Origin: Octopus vulgaris
Taxonomy: Eukaryota
Length of the DNA stretch: 64,000 nt
Assembly (NCBI GenBank): GCA_951406725.2
Contig: OX597820.1
Coordinates: 34,162,001-34,226,000 of the forward strand
Direction of reading: 5' to 3'
Shown here piece after piece: positions 14,666 to 27,207 of the stretch; within the stretch, counting starts at the first letter, position 1, and each line of letters starts with the position of its first letter. Both the position numbers and the translations under genes were made by a program. Below the pieces are notes generated by a model. The model was not told the DNA's origin, made no database searches, and was given only the letters and a program-made list of their open reading frames with translations.

Positions 14666-15451
14666 TGTAGTGGATCTTGCATGCATGAAGTGGATTCGAT
14701 CCACCATAGCCAAATTTAAATTAACACTGCAACAGAACTTTTCCCGCGTTGGAACAATGGTTTTTCTGTGACAGGAGTTTGACATTCGCCAGATTGCCTT
14801 TAGCTAGGCCGAAATAATATCTTCACCACTTGACCCTTATAACCTCTTCTACTTCACCAAAAACCAGAATAGAGAAAGCAAAGCCACCAACTAAATCTAT
14901 TCTTCTCAATAATATGTCTATCTTTCTGGATAGTTACAAAAGCAAGAACACCCCAAGCAAAAATTAGTTAGTCACTTCGGTAACGACTCAACGAGTTAGC
15001 CACTATGGTGACAACTCGGTGAGAACGAAGTCTGGCTGACCAGCTAGAACCTTGGTCAGAGGGAGAAATGAAGTTTACTGTCAGCAACTGTGAGACAACG
15101 TCCCACGACCTTACAACTTTCACTAGCTCTAATTCTGTTCTCTTACAACATCATCAATCGCTATCTGCGGATTGCTACTAACAATTTGTGTACGCCAAAC
15201 TATGCAAAAAAAAAAAAAAGAAAGAAATTCTACCACATCTAACTTTCTTTCGCATACTCTCGGATGTTATAACCTGCCCGTCGAGGTATGGTAGTTTTCA
15301 ACGTAACGGTAAATAAATACTTTCTTAAAACTTCATGCATTCTTCATCTCTCACTTCCTACAGTGCAATTATAACAACAAATTTTTATCGTTACAACTGT
15401 TGACTCCGACATTTCATATTATTGTGTACCTAATTAATCTTAACCGTTACA
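14666..15451 (+). mobile_element. Probable solo LTR, about 786 bp
   Basis: Starts TGTAGTGG and ends CCGTTACA (TG...CA with short inverted ends). AATAAA lies about 140 bp before the end. Sits in TA repeats; TSD ambiguous. Confidence 0.4.
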
Positions 15452-16347
15452 TATATATATATATTGGTCGCTGTCCATTATGCTAGTAGCATGCCAAATG
15501 CTATTTAATCTGTAATCAATACTTTTCCTTTGCTTGACCAAATGCTTCTCTATATTTACTTAATGATGTGACAACATCTTCAGTGTAGATGCCAAAATCA
15601 CAAATACACCCGGTTTTATCCCACGTAGTTGCCCGAACAACGAAAAAATAACAAAATATGAAGTCTTGTATTTACCGATGTAAGACGGGCTTTAAAGGAA
15701 AAACAATTATATCCAAAAACTTACCCTGCGTCTAATGTGGTTGTATTACAGAAAACCACAGGCTAGAGAAACCAATGAGCCCAAGACCGCAAGGCACAAA
15801 AATTGTTATTTATAATAAGACATTGAAACAAGGCAAATTATAACAAACTGCTAATACAAACTTACAAAAAACTGCTTACGGTGGTCGCATCATATATCTG
15901 CGCCTTCTTCTTCGGCATACATAACCCTCTCCTCATACATGTCGTACATTTCTTTACGGTATCGTTACTTTCAAGAAATATTCGTTTATTATCAAAGGAA
16001 AAATTCTCTTGGAAAAGATGAAAGGAATGTCGACAAACTTTCAGCTATTTGCAATGAATGAATGACAACAAAATCATAGCAGTGGCGCACCACCCTGGTA
16101 ACCAATTACGATAAAACAAAATACACAGCCAGAAATGCGAGTTTTACATCTTGTATGGCAATTTTCTTGATCAAAATATGAACAACTATACAGTTGATCT
16201 GAAAGAAGATAATGTTGAAATACGTTACTCCCATAATATGGTTTATTTATGGCAAATTTATGTTTTCATACTAAATTCCAATAGTCTACTACAATATTGT
16301 TTTTACACATACAGAATTATACATTTTGCTCTACAAAAAACCACGTC

Positions 16348-16700
16348 ACTTTTACTTGTCCCAGTCATTAGACTGCGGCTATGCTGGGACACTGCCTTGA
16401 AGAATTTCTAGTCGAACGATCGACTCCAGTATTTATTTTTTGTTAAGACTGCTACCTCTTCTATCGGTCGCTTTTGCCAACCGCTAAGTTACGAGGACGT
16501 AAATACACCAACACCAGCTGTCAAGTGGTAGCAGGATGCACACACACACATACGACGAGCTTCTTTCAGCCAAATCTAATTACAAAGCTTTGGTCAGCTA
16601 TAGAAGAAGACACTTGCCCAAGGTGCCACGTAGTGGGATTGAATCCGGAACCATGTGGTTGGGAAGCAAACTTCTTGCCACACAGCCACGCTCGTATCTG
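16348..16700 (-). mobile_element. SINE family A, diverged
   Basis: Reverse-complement match to the head and tail of the 29558 copy. Confidence 0.7.
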
Positions 16701-17074
16701 TAAAATAAAGCAAGTTCAGAGTTACCCCCCGTACATATCCTAGGACGGTAGGGTTGCTTCGAAAAGTCGACATTTTTCAAAAATAATGATTTTAGTTTTT
16801 CCTTTGATAGATAAATGGCCTGAATTCAGCTTGGTGATCCACCCCCTGCCCCTCATTGAATTTGTTTCGGCATAACCTTCCGAAAATGCCTATTTTTAAT
16901 GAAAATTAGCAGAGATACGGTGTTTGGAATGGTGTAGATTATAATTGTGTTGATATCATTTCGTATCATTCTTCCCGATTTTGTTTCTTCACATTTCTGT
17001 TTAAAATGCATATTTTAAATGAAATCTTTCAATGAGATAAATAGTATCATATCAGTATCTATATTCAACTTGTC

Positions 17075-17312
17075 TGTTTTGCCGAGCACCTAAGTTACGA
17101 GGAGGTTAACACATCAACGTCGGTTGTAAAGCGGTGGTGGTGGAAACACAAACACACACACACACACGGGTTTCTTCCAGATCGACTCACAAAGCTTTGG
17201 TCGGCTCGAGACTATAGTAGAAGAAAATAGCCCACGGTGCACCGCAGTGGGACTGAACCTGGAACCATGTGGTTAGGAAACAAATTTCTTACCACAGCCA
17301 TACCTGCACCTA
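17075..17312 (-). mobile_element. SINE family A, diverged
   Basis: GTGGGACTGAACCTGGAACCATGTGGTT head in reverse orientation. Confidence 0.65.
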
Positions 17313-18180
17313 TGGAATTTTTTTTCCTTCTCTCTACGCCCTGTGCTTTTCGTCTGAAATTGTGTGTGGGGGTGGGTGGGTGAGAGAGAGAGGCGGAGTA
17401 TTGTTAATTTGTCTGGGAGCAAGACTGAGTTTATACCAATCTGTCACTACCTAATATGGGGTCCTAAATCCTAGAATTAAGCCAGCAAGAGATCTACAAG
17501 GCGGTTGTTTGATCTGGTAGAAACAGCCGTAGAATCTCTCTCAAACTACACCCTACTGAAGTAATTCTTAAACAGTTCTCTCCAAGGGATATATAGCTAA
17601 CTCTAGTGAACTTCCACTCTATTATATATTCATACGTACGAACGTAGCAGGTAACAGCTAACCTTTGGCCGCTGCTTTGGATCCCGTTGTGTCTACCACT
17701 CTGATTGGTTGCAATTGGCGAAATTTGTCTCTTATTCTATCACGCGCCAATATGCAACCCAACCAATCGTAGCCTCCAAATGAATCATGTGAGACAGTCA
17801 GTTCCAAACAACATTTGAGCTTATCGTTGGCTATAGAGAAACGAGACATACAACATAAAGAATATTTCCCTTCTTCAGTTGTCCCTGTTTCATCTACTCC
17901 ACGTTACGAAGGCAACGACAAGACGCGACTGCTTTAAACAATCCTTCCAGCAAAGCAAATTAAATAACATTTGGAATTTTGTATATATCGTTTCTGTTTT
18001 TTTGTTGTTGTTCGAAAAAAAGTTCGTTTCTATGTTTTTGCTTTTATATTTTCGTTTCTCATTGTGTTCAACGTTTTTTTTTTGATGTCCTGTACCCATA
18101 TATGCATATATATACATATATATGTAGGTATGTACATATGTGTATGTATATAGGCATATATTTATATATAATTTATATTT

Positions 18181-18224
<44 letters not shown>

Positions 18225-18373
18225 CAAGAAAAAAGCAACAAGAATGGATTGGTTTTTCAGTACAATTGTTTCATACGAAGAACAGCTTTATTAAAAGCTG
18301 CAAATATTGCAGCAAATACAAGTATCCCGTACTCATTAGCCAAAACACATATGAGTTTTCCAAACATCCTAGG

Positions 18374-18460
<87 letters not shown>

Positions 18461-18462
<2 letters not shown>

Positions 18463-19301
18463 TAATAACAAAGGGTAAAATTAATTCATTAAGAAGTAAT
18501 CAATAATTTCACCAAGTAGAGTTCAGCATGAAAAAAGGACCATTTTATGGTAAACTTAAGTAATACTAAATAATTAGGGTTCAGCAAAGATTTGCTTTAC
18601 CACATACCGAAGCTTAGAAATAGCAGCCAAAAAACGTTAGCTATTTCTTCTACTTAAAAAGGTACTCCCAAAAAACCAAAATACTTGAAAACAATCCACA
18701 CAGGCAGAGAGGAAGAAGTAACGAAAATCAATCAATATCTGGTCACCTATGGACGCGCATTTCGGAATTAGGTTGGAATGAAGAATATAAAATTATACTT
18801 TACCAACCGTTTTCCTCTTCAGCATAGGACCCATCAATAATTAAGTATTGAAATATTAAATTCGAAGGTACTGGAATAATTGAACATATCTCTCCACCTA
18901 ACGGTATCGGACAGATAATATTCAACGTCAGTACAGCCGAATTCAAAACATGAATGAGGTTTAATCACCCTCCCCTGCCCGTCCTCGTGTGTCTACAAGA
19001 AAACTACTACAGAAAAAAATCTGTAGCTTGTTATCAGGAAGAAAATTCTATTAGTAATAACAAAAGGTAAAATTAATTAATTAAGAAGTAATAAATAATT
19101 TCACCAAGTAGAGTTCGGCATGAAAAAAGGACCATTTTATGGTAAACTTAAGTAATACTAAATAATTAGAGTTCAGCAAAGATTTGCTTTACCACATACC
19201 GAAGCTTAGAAATAGCAGTCAAAAAACGTTAGCTATTTCTTCTACTTAAAAAGGGACTCCCAGAAAAACCAAAATATTTTAAAACAATCCACACAGGCAG
19301 A
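18461..19301 (-). mobile_element. Partial tandem non-coding repeat (592 bp period, about 248 bp direct repeats) carrying a hammerhead; Penelope pLTR/retrozyme-like
   Basis: 18461-18708 recurs at 19053-19301 with few differences. The hammerhead is at 18746-18828. The second unit is cut by a SINE C copy. Confidence 0.7.
18746..18828 (-). ncRNA. Type I hammerhead ribozyme (predicted)
   Basis: Minus strand CCTATG-CTGAAGA-GGAA...GGTTGG...CCAACC...TTCC-GAAA-TGCGCG-TC-CATAGG. Perfect 6-bp stem I, intact core, GUC cleavage triplet, near-palindromic stem III. Confidence 0.8.
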
Positions 19302-19685
19302 ATCGTTAGCACGCCGGGCGAAATGGCTTAGCGGTATTTCGTCTGCCGTTACGTTCTGAGTTCAAATTCCGCCGAGGTCGACTTTGCCTTTCATCCTTTC
19401 GGGGTCGATAAATTAAGTACCAGTTACGCACTGGGGTCGATGTAATCGACTTAATACCTATGTCTGTCCATGTTTGTCCCCTCTGTGTTTAGCCCCTTGT
19501 GGGTAATAAAGAAATAGGTATTTCGTCTGTCTTTACATTCTGAGTTCAAATTCCGCCGAGGTCGACTTTGCCTTCCATTCTTTCGAGGTCGATTAATTAT
19601 GTACCAGTTGCGTACCGGGGTCGATCTAATCGAGTTGTCTCCTCCCCAAAAATTTCAGCCCGTGTGCCTAGAGTGAAAAGGAATA
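19296..19685 (+). mobile_element. SINE family C (MetaSINE-like) with internal dimer
   Basis: Two successive B-box plus Meta cores (about 19358 and about 19542). Confidence 0.75.
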
Positions 19686-19788
19686 TATATATATATATAT
19701 TCTTTTCTGCTCTTATATATACTCTTGTGCCTAGAGTAGAAAAGAATATATATGTATACACACACACACACACACACACACATATATG

Positions 19789-19822
<34 letters not shown>

Positions 19823-21067
19823 TGTATGTATGTATGTGTGTATGTATGTATCACACACTTTCTAGTGGTGCATTATTTCAACATCATCGGAATGAATTAT
19901 TACATTTACAATTTCCCCTCCATCACCATCACCACCACCAACAACAACAACAACACCACTACTAACATTTACCTCCATGTTTTGTCAATTCTTGAATTGG
20001 TTAATTGTCAAAACTTAACAACTTCTCAGTACTACAATTCTGATCAATAGGCCTCTTTCAACACCCCCTTCCTCACCTCACCTCGTGTGCTGCTTTTCTC
20101 TCCTGCACACCTCCCCCTACTCCTCTTCAAGCTACTATTTTTGTATGTGAGAATTCTTATTGTTTTGTTAGTATAGTTTATTGAATGAATCGTTTTGAAA
20201 TCATGAAGGTGAATGACCTCTCGTTGATGTTTGTCAGAATTCTTGTAGGATTTCAGGTATCTTGTTGACTTTGTCAGTCATTGTTTTTATACACATTTAA
20301 GACACTACTATGAGTGTCAAAAATAATAGAAAAGACAGATAAAACGCCTGATACAAGTCCAGTATTTACTATTCTCTTTATCTCACGTTGCTTCAGTTCA
20401 CTCAGTTGGCAAAAATGAGCAGCACCTGTATTTCAAATGCTCAGCTTTCTCACATTCCGTGTGACGCTGAATCTCCCTGAGAACTACGTTGAGGGTAGAC
20501 ATATCTGTGGAGTGGTCAGCCAATTGCACGTTTATTTCACGGGGAGGCTGTTCCGTTGATCGGATCAACTAAAACCCTTGTCGTCGCAACCGATGGAGTA
20601 CAAGTGTACTATTCTTTTTCCTTTTTATTTTTAAACTCTTGGACAGCCTTTGAAATACATTCCATATCTCAAAGGAACACTACATAAAGAATTATTATAT
20701 ATCTTAATCTCCCCCCCCCCCTCTCTCTCTCATAAAGAGAAATTTCATAGATGATAGGAGTTAAATTAAATTATAACACTGTCTTTGAAATGTTCGAAAA
20801 TGATAAATCCACTAACTGCAACAACAATAATAAAAAAGAAACAGAAAGAAAGAAAAAAGAAAACACTAATTAAATTTCATTTTAACCAAGACCTTGTTTG
20901 GATCAAATTCTCTTGTAATTTCCTATTCACCCTTTGCCTGGGAAATACACAGGGCATATTCCCCAGACATCCATGCATCCCATTTGATACACATTTTCAA
21001 TTTTTCCGACCACCAAAGTTACCTTGCGACTTATGAAAGTGAGGCAGTGAGCTGGCAGATTTGTTAG

Positions 21068-21621
21068 TGTAGCGGGACTCGAACCCTGCTCGCTTATACT
21101 CGATTAGGCACCACAATCGAGCCACTGCAGATTGATCTGTGAACCGACCAATCAACTGTGGCGTGATATGGCTTTCTCGAATATTATAAAATTTAACATC
21201 TAGACCCCTATAAACTGTTTGACTCTTAACCCAAGGCCCAGACAGCCGACAGGTTGGACCGCCTCGGACTTTTACGTAGACAACACCTGGAACTCGGACA
21301 CACCACATGATGTCCCACAGATTGCTTTCTACATTCACAAGTTTTCTTCTGCCTCCTCTCCGCCCCCGCAACAGTCGGCAATTATTATTGTTCGTTGTAA
21401 ATAGCCAACACCAAATAAATATTGAAGTTAAGCGTCCAAGAGTTTGCTTCAATTATTATTCAGGCAGCCTACAACGACATCCCTTGTACAGTACAACTAA
21501 GTTGAAATAATGTTCATTCAATAATGATAGTTAACCATCCTTTTCGAGAATGGTAACTCAGACTTTTGAAAATTATCATCTTTGACCAGTTCAACTCAAG
21601 CAACAAGCAAAGTACGCTATG
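21068..21621 (+). mobile_element. Probable solo LTR (about 550 bp) inserted into the head of a SINE C copy (SINE spans 21040-21800)
   Basis: The SINE head breaks at GTTAG and resumes at GTTAG (duplicated target). The insert starts TGTAGCG and ends CGCTAT(G), with an internal AATAAA. Confidence 0.55.
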
Positions 21622-21947
21622 TTAGCATGCCAGAAAGGAATTCCTTTCGGCTTTACATCCTGAGTTCAAATGCCGCAGTCAACTCTACCTTTCATCCTTT
21701 CAATATCAATAAACTAGGTGTCCGTTGAGAGCTGGGATCGATGTAATCGACTAGCACCTTCCCTTAAAATTTCAGACCATGTGTCAGTAGTAGGAAGAAT
21801 ATGGCTCAGAAAGTACGAAACAAGGGCTCACGGAAAGTCTGAAACAAATATAGATGTTTAGGAAAAAGTTATGAAAATGCTTTGGACTGAAGTTATAAAT
21901 GCTTATAACTTCATTTTCCCCATAGGGTCAGAATTTTGATACCTTAG

Positions 21948-23528
21948 GGATACAACAAGGCGGTGGTCTGTCCAGTATTCTGCGCCACACATGGTCTTCG
22001 TAATTCGTCCGTCTTGCCTGTCCCTCTTCCTTATGATAACATTGTCGATGAGGTGCCAGTGCTTTGACGTTCTGTTGCGAGTGGGGAGGTTAAAGATGGT
22101 GTTGGTGATCAGGAGGCCATGCTCTGCACAGGTCTGGAGGAGTAGCAGACCGTTGCTGTTGCAGTTGCCAACTCCATGTTTCCCAATCACTCCTTCCCGG
22201 GAGACACTATCACAACCAACTCTCGCATTGAAGTCACCTAGAATGATGAGTTTGTCTGCGCGGGGAGCCGCGGTGATGACAGAGCTCAAGTCTTCATAAA
22301 ACTTGTCCTTGGTCTCATTTGGATTCGTCATGGTGGGAGCATAGGCACTAACAATGGTGGTGTACTTCTGTCCGCGACAAAGGTGGAATCTCATCGTCAT
22401 TAGGCGATCATTCATACCTTTTGGGGAACCAACCAACTTGCCAGCCAATGTCAGCTTAACTGCAAAGCCAACTCCAGCCTCTCTTCTCTCTTCAGGTCCA
22501 CATCCACTCCAAAAGAAACTGTATCCTGCACCTTTTTCCTGTAGTTCACCTTCACCCGGCAGCCTGGTTTCGCTGAGAGCAGCAATGTCGATGTTATATC
22601 TGGCGAGTTCATTTGAGTGCTGTGCGTCTCTGGGGTCTCTCCGACTCGTCTCTGTCAAGAAGCGTACGAACGTTCCAAGCATCGAGGATGAGTGGTGTAC
22701 TCCTCGCTCTTTTTCTTTGTTCTTTGTTTCGACCGCAGTGTGTAGGGTCCCCTCCAGTCGTGGTAGGCTGGCTAGGGTAGGTGGAGCAGGCAATGTTTGG
22801 GACACCTTTTCTAGTCCGCTCCTCATGTCATGGAGGTGAGCAGTGCGTTCCTAAATAGGACTGCTCAGTCGCCCAGACGGTTGCCGAAATCCACTACTGC
22901 TCCAGGTCAGTGAATAGCGACCCTGTGGCCTGAGCCGCCTGTGTGCAGGTTTGCGGCTACGACTTCCAGTGTACCCACACCTGTCGTCACAGGACTTTGG
23001 GATGAAGGGGTGGAAAGAAGGATGAAAGATGACTTGCACGAGGAAACTTTGTTTTAAGTGAGGAAGGGTTGCGCATCGCCGACCTCACTCTCTCATCCGA
23101 GACCGTCTTAACCAGTGGCAAGACCAGATCGAGACGACTGGGGATAGAACCGGATGCAGTGAATAACCAAGATGTCCTATAGTGCCTCATCTTGCCCTAT
23201 GTACTCCACGGTGCCCTGCTGTAACCGCCCTCTTCTCCGTTGAAACCGTTCTGGTGGTTTCTTCTGTAGAATCAGCCGGCTCCAGTCTTCGCATGCGTAG
23301 GTAGGCAAGCTCTAACTCGCCGAAGGTTTAAGACCGGTCGGCTACCCTTACTTAGTTTAGCCGGCTAGTCGAAGCCGTTGCCCGGAGTGTGGCCGCTGCA
23401 TACAAATAGCTACTAGGAGCCACAAGTGAGAGCTGAGTGCAGGTGGGGACCAAGGCGGATCAACTACTCCGAGGAGGAGCACGACTGTCGCCCCGTCAGA
23501 GATACTACCCCTCCCGTACACCCCATAC
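21948..23528 (-). mobile_element. RTE-clade (BovB-like) LINE, inverted 5' part: 5'UTR plus APE endonuclease
   Basis: ORF 21903-22826 carries APE motifs IAALSETRL, SAYAPT, ILGDFNARVG, HWHLID and TDHRLV. Confidence 0.9.
23345..23524 (-). ncRNA. Candidate HDV-like self-cleaving ribozyme at the RTE 5' end
   Basis: P1 GGGGTGT (23524-23518) pairs with ACACTCC (23390-23384). P3 is GGC/GCC and L3 starts TCC. GG provides P1.1, P4 is GGCT/AGCC, J4/2 is GGCTAA, and P2 is CTCTCACTT/AAGTAAGGG. L3 is unusually long. Confidence 0.5.
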
Positions 23529-25955
23529 ACCACCGCCTTGTTGTATCCAAACTCAACCTTAGATTTCAGCCCAAGAGACGACCACAAAATAGGAAAGCAC
23601 CAACACGCTTGAACATCGGTAAGCTGAAGGATAGCAACGTCAAGCAGTTATTTACTGATACATTGGAGCAACGCTTGGACCCCATTGTGCTACAAGGCAA
23701 GGATGTTGAGGAAGCCTGGGCTGCACTCCGGGTGACGTTGTACGACACAGCCATGGAATGCCTTAGGCCATCTACAAAGAAGCACAAGGACTGGTTTGAT
23801 GAGAACTGCGCTGAGATCAAGCAACTTCTAGAGGAAAATCATAGTATTTACAACTCTCACCTCACTGACCCCAATTGCGGATTATACGGAGCAAAATCCA
23901 AACGAGGTTGCGCCACATGCAGGATTCCTGGCTTAGCAGCAAAACAGACATGATCCAGGGCTTTGCAGACAGAAATGACATGAAGAATTTCTATGACAGC
24001 TTGAAGGAAGTTTACGGTCCTACTACTGCAAGAACACTGTCTCCTCTCCTTAGTGCTGACGGGGCAACACTGATCACCGACAAGGAAAAGGTATTAGAGA
24101 GTTGGGCTGAACATTTCGACTGCGTACTGAATAGGCCTTCCACCATCAATGGTGAAGCCATCGATAGGCTACTTCAAGTTCCCGTTGAGGAGTCAATGGA
24201 CGTCAAACCAACTTTGGGGGAAATTCAGAAAGCATGCCGCCTACTGTCCAATGGCAAAGCACCTGGTCCGGACTCCAGCCCATCTGAAGTATTCAAAGAA
24301 TGCGGTATGGCCCTGACTAGGAAAATTCATCAGCTGTTTCAGCTCATCTGGATGCACGAGACAGTGCCTCAGGACTTCAAGGACGCCTCCATCATCCACC
24401 TCTACAAGCGAAATGGAAACCACCAGGTCTGTGACAATCATTGTGGAATTTCACTGCTGTCCATCACAGGCAAGATCCTGGCTAGAGTTTTTGCTCAACC
24501 GCCTCATCGCACACCTAGAGCAGGGTCTCCTACCTGAGAACCAGTGTGGCTTCCGGAAAGAGCATGGGACTATCGACATAGTGCCTGCTGCTAGACAACT
24601 GCAGGAGAACTGTCTGGAGCAGAACGTCGACCTCTACTCCACCTACATCGACCTGACCAAGGCATTTGATACCGTTAGTAGAGAAGGTCTCTGGAGAATC
24701 TTGGCGAAGTATGGATGCCCCAGAAAATTCATTACCATCGTAAGACAACTACACGATGGCATGTTGGCAAGGGTACAGGACAACTGAGAGACCTCTGATC
24801 TTTTCCCTGTCTCCAGCGGGGTGAAACAAGGATGTGTCCTTGCTCCCACCTTGTTCAGCCTTACGTTCTCAGCCATGCTGACAGATGCTTTCAGGGACAC
24901 AGACATTAGCATCGGCATCAAGTACCCGTCCAACGGTTCAGTCTTCAACCTCGGGAGGCTCAAAGTGAAAACCAAGGTTTCAGTAGACACCGTCAACGAT
25001 TTCCTGTTCGCCAATGACTGCGCTCTCAATGCTGCCACTGAGTCCAACATGCAGCACAGCGTTGACTCTCTGGCGCCTGCAACAACTTTGGCCTTACTAT
25101 CAATACAAGACTGAGGTAATGTATCAGCCAGGTCCAACCAAGCCCTACATTGAACTCAACATCACCATCAAAGGGCAACGACTGAACGTGGTGGACAAGT
25201 TCACCTACCTTGGCAGCACACTCTCTAGAAATGTTGTCGTCGATGACGAAATCAATGCCAGACTCCCCAAGGCAAGCGCTGCCTTCGGCAGGCTACGCAA
25301 CACTGTCTGGGACAGGAAGGGGATCACCATCATGACAAAGATCAAAGTGTACCGGGCTATTGTTCTCACAACGCTGCTTTACGGCTGCGAGTCCTGGACG
25401 GTCTACTGTCGTCATGCCAGGAAGCTGAACTACTTTCATACAATACGCCTCAGAAACCTTCTCGGCATAAAGTGGCAGGACAGGATCCCAGACACCGAGG
25501 TACTAATACGTGCTAACCTGCCCAGCATCCATACCATCTTGATGTAGTCTCAGCTTCGCTGGGCAGGGCACATAGCTCGCATGTCAGACGATCGATTACC
25601 AAAAAGATTGCTGTTTGGCGAGCTGCAAAAGGGAAAGCGCTCACAAGGCGGCCAGAAGCGCTTTAAGGACACACTGAAAGCCTTCAACATCGACCGTGAC
25701 ACTTGGGAGCAGTCTGCTCTAGACAGAGAAGAGTGGCGATTAGCTATCCACAAGGGTGTCAACACACGCGAGACCAATAGGATCGCTGCTGCAGAAGACC
25801 GCAGACAAGCCAGGAAGAACAGAGCTAATAACCCTGTAGCAGGTGCTACCATTCCCTGTCCACACTGTCAAAGACTCTTTCGGGCGCAGACTGACCTCGC
25901 TAGCCATCTGCAGACTTACAAAACAAGCCCAACCCCACTCCAGTATCCAGCGTAG
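23529..25955 (+). mobile_element. RTE-clade LINE, 3' part: reverse transcriptase and C2H2-like tail; pseudogenised by frameshifts and stops
   Basis: KAPGPD, GISLLS, QCGFR, IDLTKAFD, KQGCVLAP, LFAND (for YADD), FTYLGS, QLRWAGH, CPHCQRLF. Confidence 0.92.
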
Positions 25956-26063
25956 CATATAGAAATGTTCAAACTTTATACATCTATGTAAAAAGTGTGC
26001 TGGATACTTTGGATGTTCATCTGGTATGTTGATTTTTGTTCATTCGTTATAATCTTGAATTAT

Positions 26064-26125
26064 GCTCACACTGACGATTACAAAGTGCCTTTCTGCACTA
26101 ATTATGAAATCATATGATTTGCAGC
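26064..26125 (+). ncRNA. Degenerate hammerhead-like motif
   Basis: CA-CTGACGA-..AGTGC(CTTTCT)GCACT..-GAAA-TCATATGA-TT-TG. Stem III is the palindrome ATCATATGAT; stem I is weak. Confidence 0.4.
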
Positions 26126-26375
26126 TGAATTCTGTTTTTAGAAGGGTCCCTTCGAGAGTTTCATTCCCTCGCATTCGGTACGATGTGTTTATTTATTTTG
26201 GTAGTTTTGACTTTAAGAGTCTCTTCTAGCGTGTGGCATTTATGTATAGTAATGCCCTCTATATAATATAAATAAATATATTTAAGAGAAAATTTGATGG
26301 GTTTTTTCTCTTATGAAGTTTTTCACACTAACCACTTGATAAATAAATTCCTATTTTTAAATTGTATCTATATAT

Positions 26376-26457
<82 letters not shown>

Positions 26458-27207
26458 AATGCAGAAAATATACATGGTATATGAAAAAACAAAGAAAGAA
26501 AATATACATAGGATACATCAATTAAAAAATGGATGATGATCTGATCCTCCTGAAGCAGGAAGATCGATAGGGACTGTTGTAGAACTCCTACCATTCAAGA
26601 TCTTCCTGAACACCAAGAGCAAGTGCTCTCTCTCCATTTCCTGTTCTTCGACTCACATGTCTATACTTAGAGTGGTGCCATCCACTCTTGTAATTTTTGC
26701 AACTTTCATCCACATTTCAAAAAATTTATTCGAAGACAATGTAGTGACTTCATATACGCATAGAGTAGATCCGAACCTGAATCGGCAAATTACCCATATT
26801 TCAAACAATAGTGACAGCAGTTACAATGAACACATGGCTTCGCTAAGCCAATTTATGTCTGTCACTTGGCCCTTCTAAACTCTTGTATGCGGTGGAGAGT
26901 TGAATTGAGACAACAGTCCACCCCAAAGAACATCTATTGTTCTCTGCAATATATCTATTTTTCTAACTAGTTTTGCATGGTTATAAATACTAGAATTTGG
27001 TAAGGGAAGCCTAATAAAAGAAATTAGTTGGTGAATAGAGGCAACTAGAGATGGCCACAGGCAGACAGTCACTTGAGACAAACGGCGAGAGGGAGAAAGA
27101 AAACAATCAGCCACTATGAGGCATATAACTTCCATCCACTCTCTCACGTTCACTGGCTCACTTTCTTTTCTCTACAACATTACCCTATCTCTCTATCTGT
27201 GGTCTAC

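Noticed and set aside
17860-17915. Permuted hammerhead pieces in a repeat also seen near 31240
   Set aside because: The GAAA is mutated and the stems could not be closed convincingly by hand.
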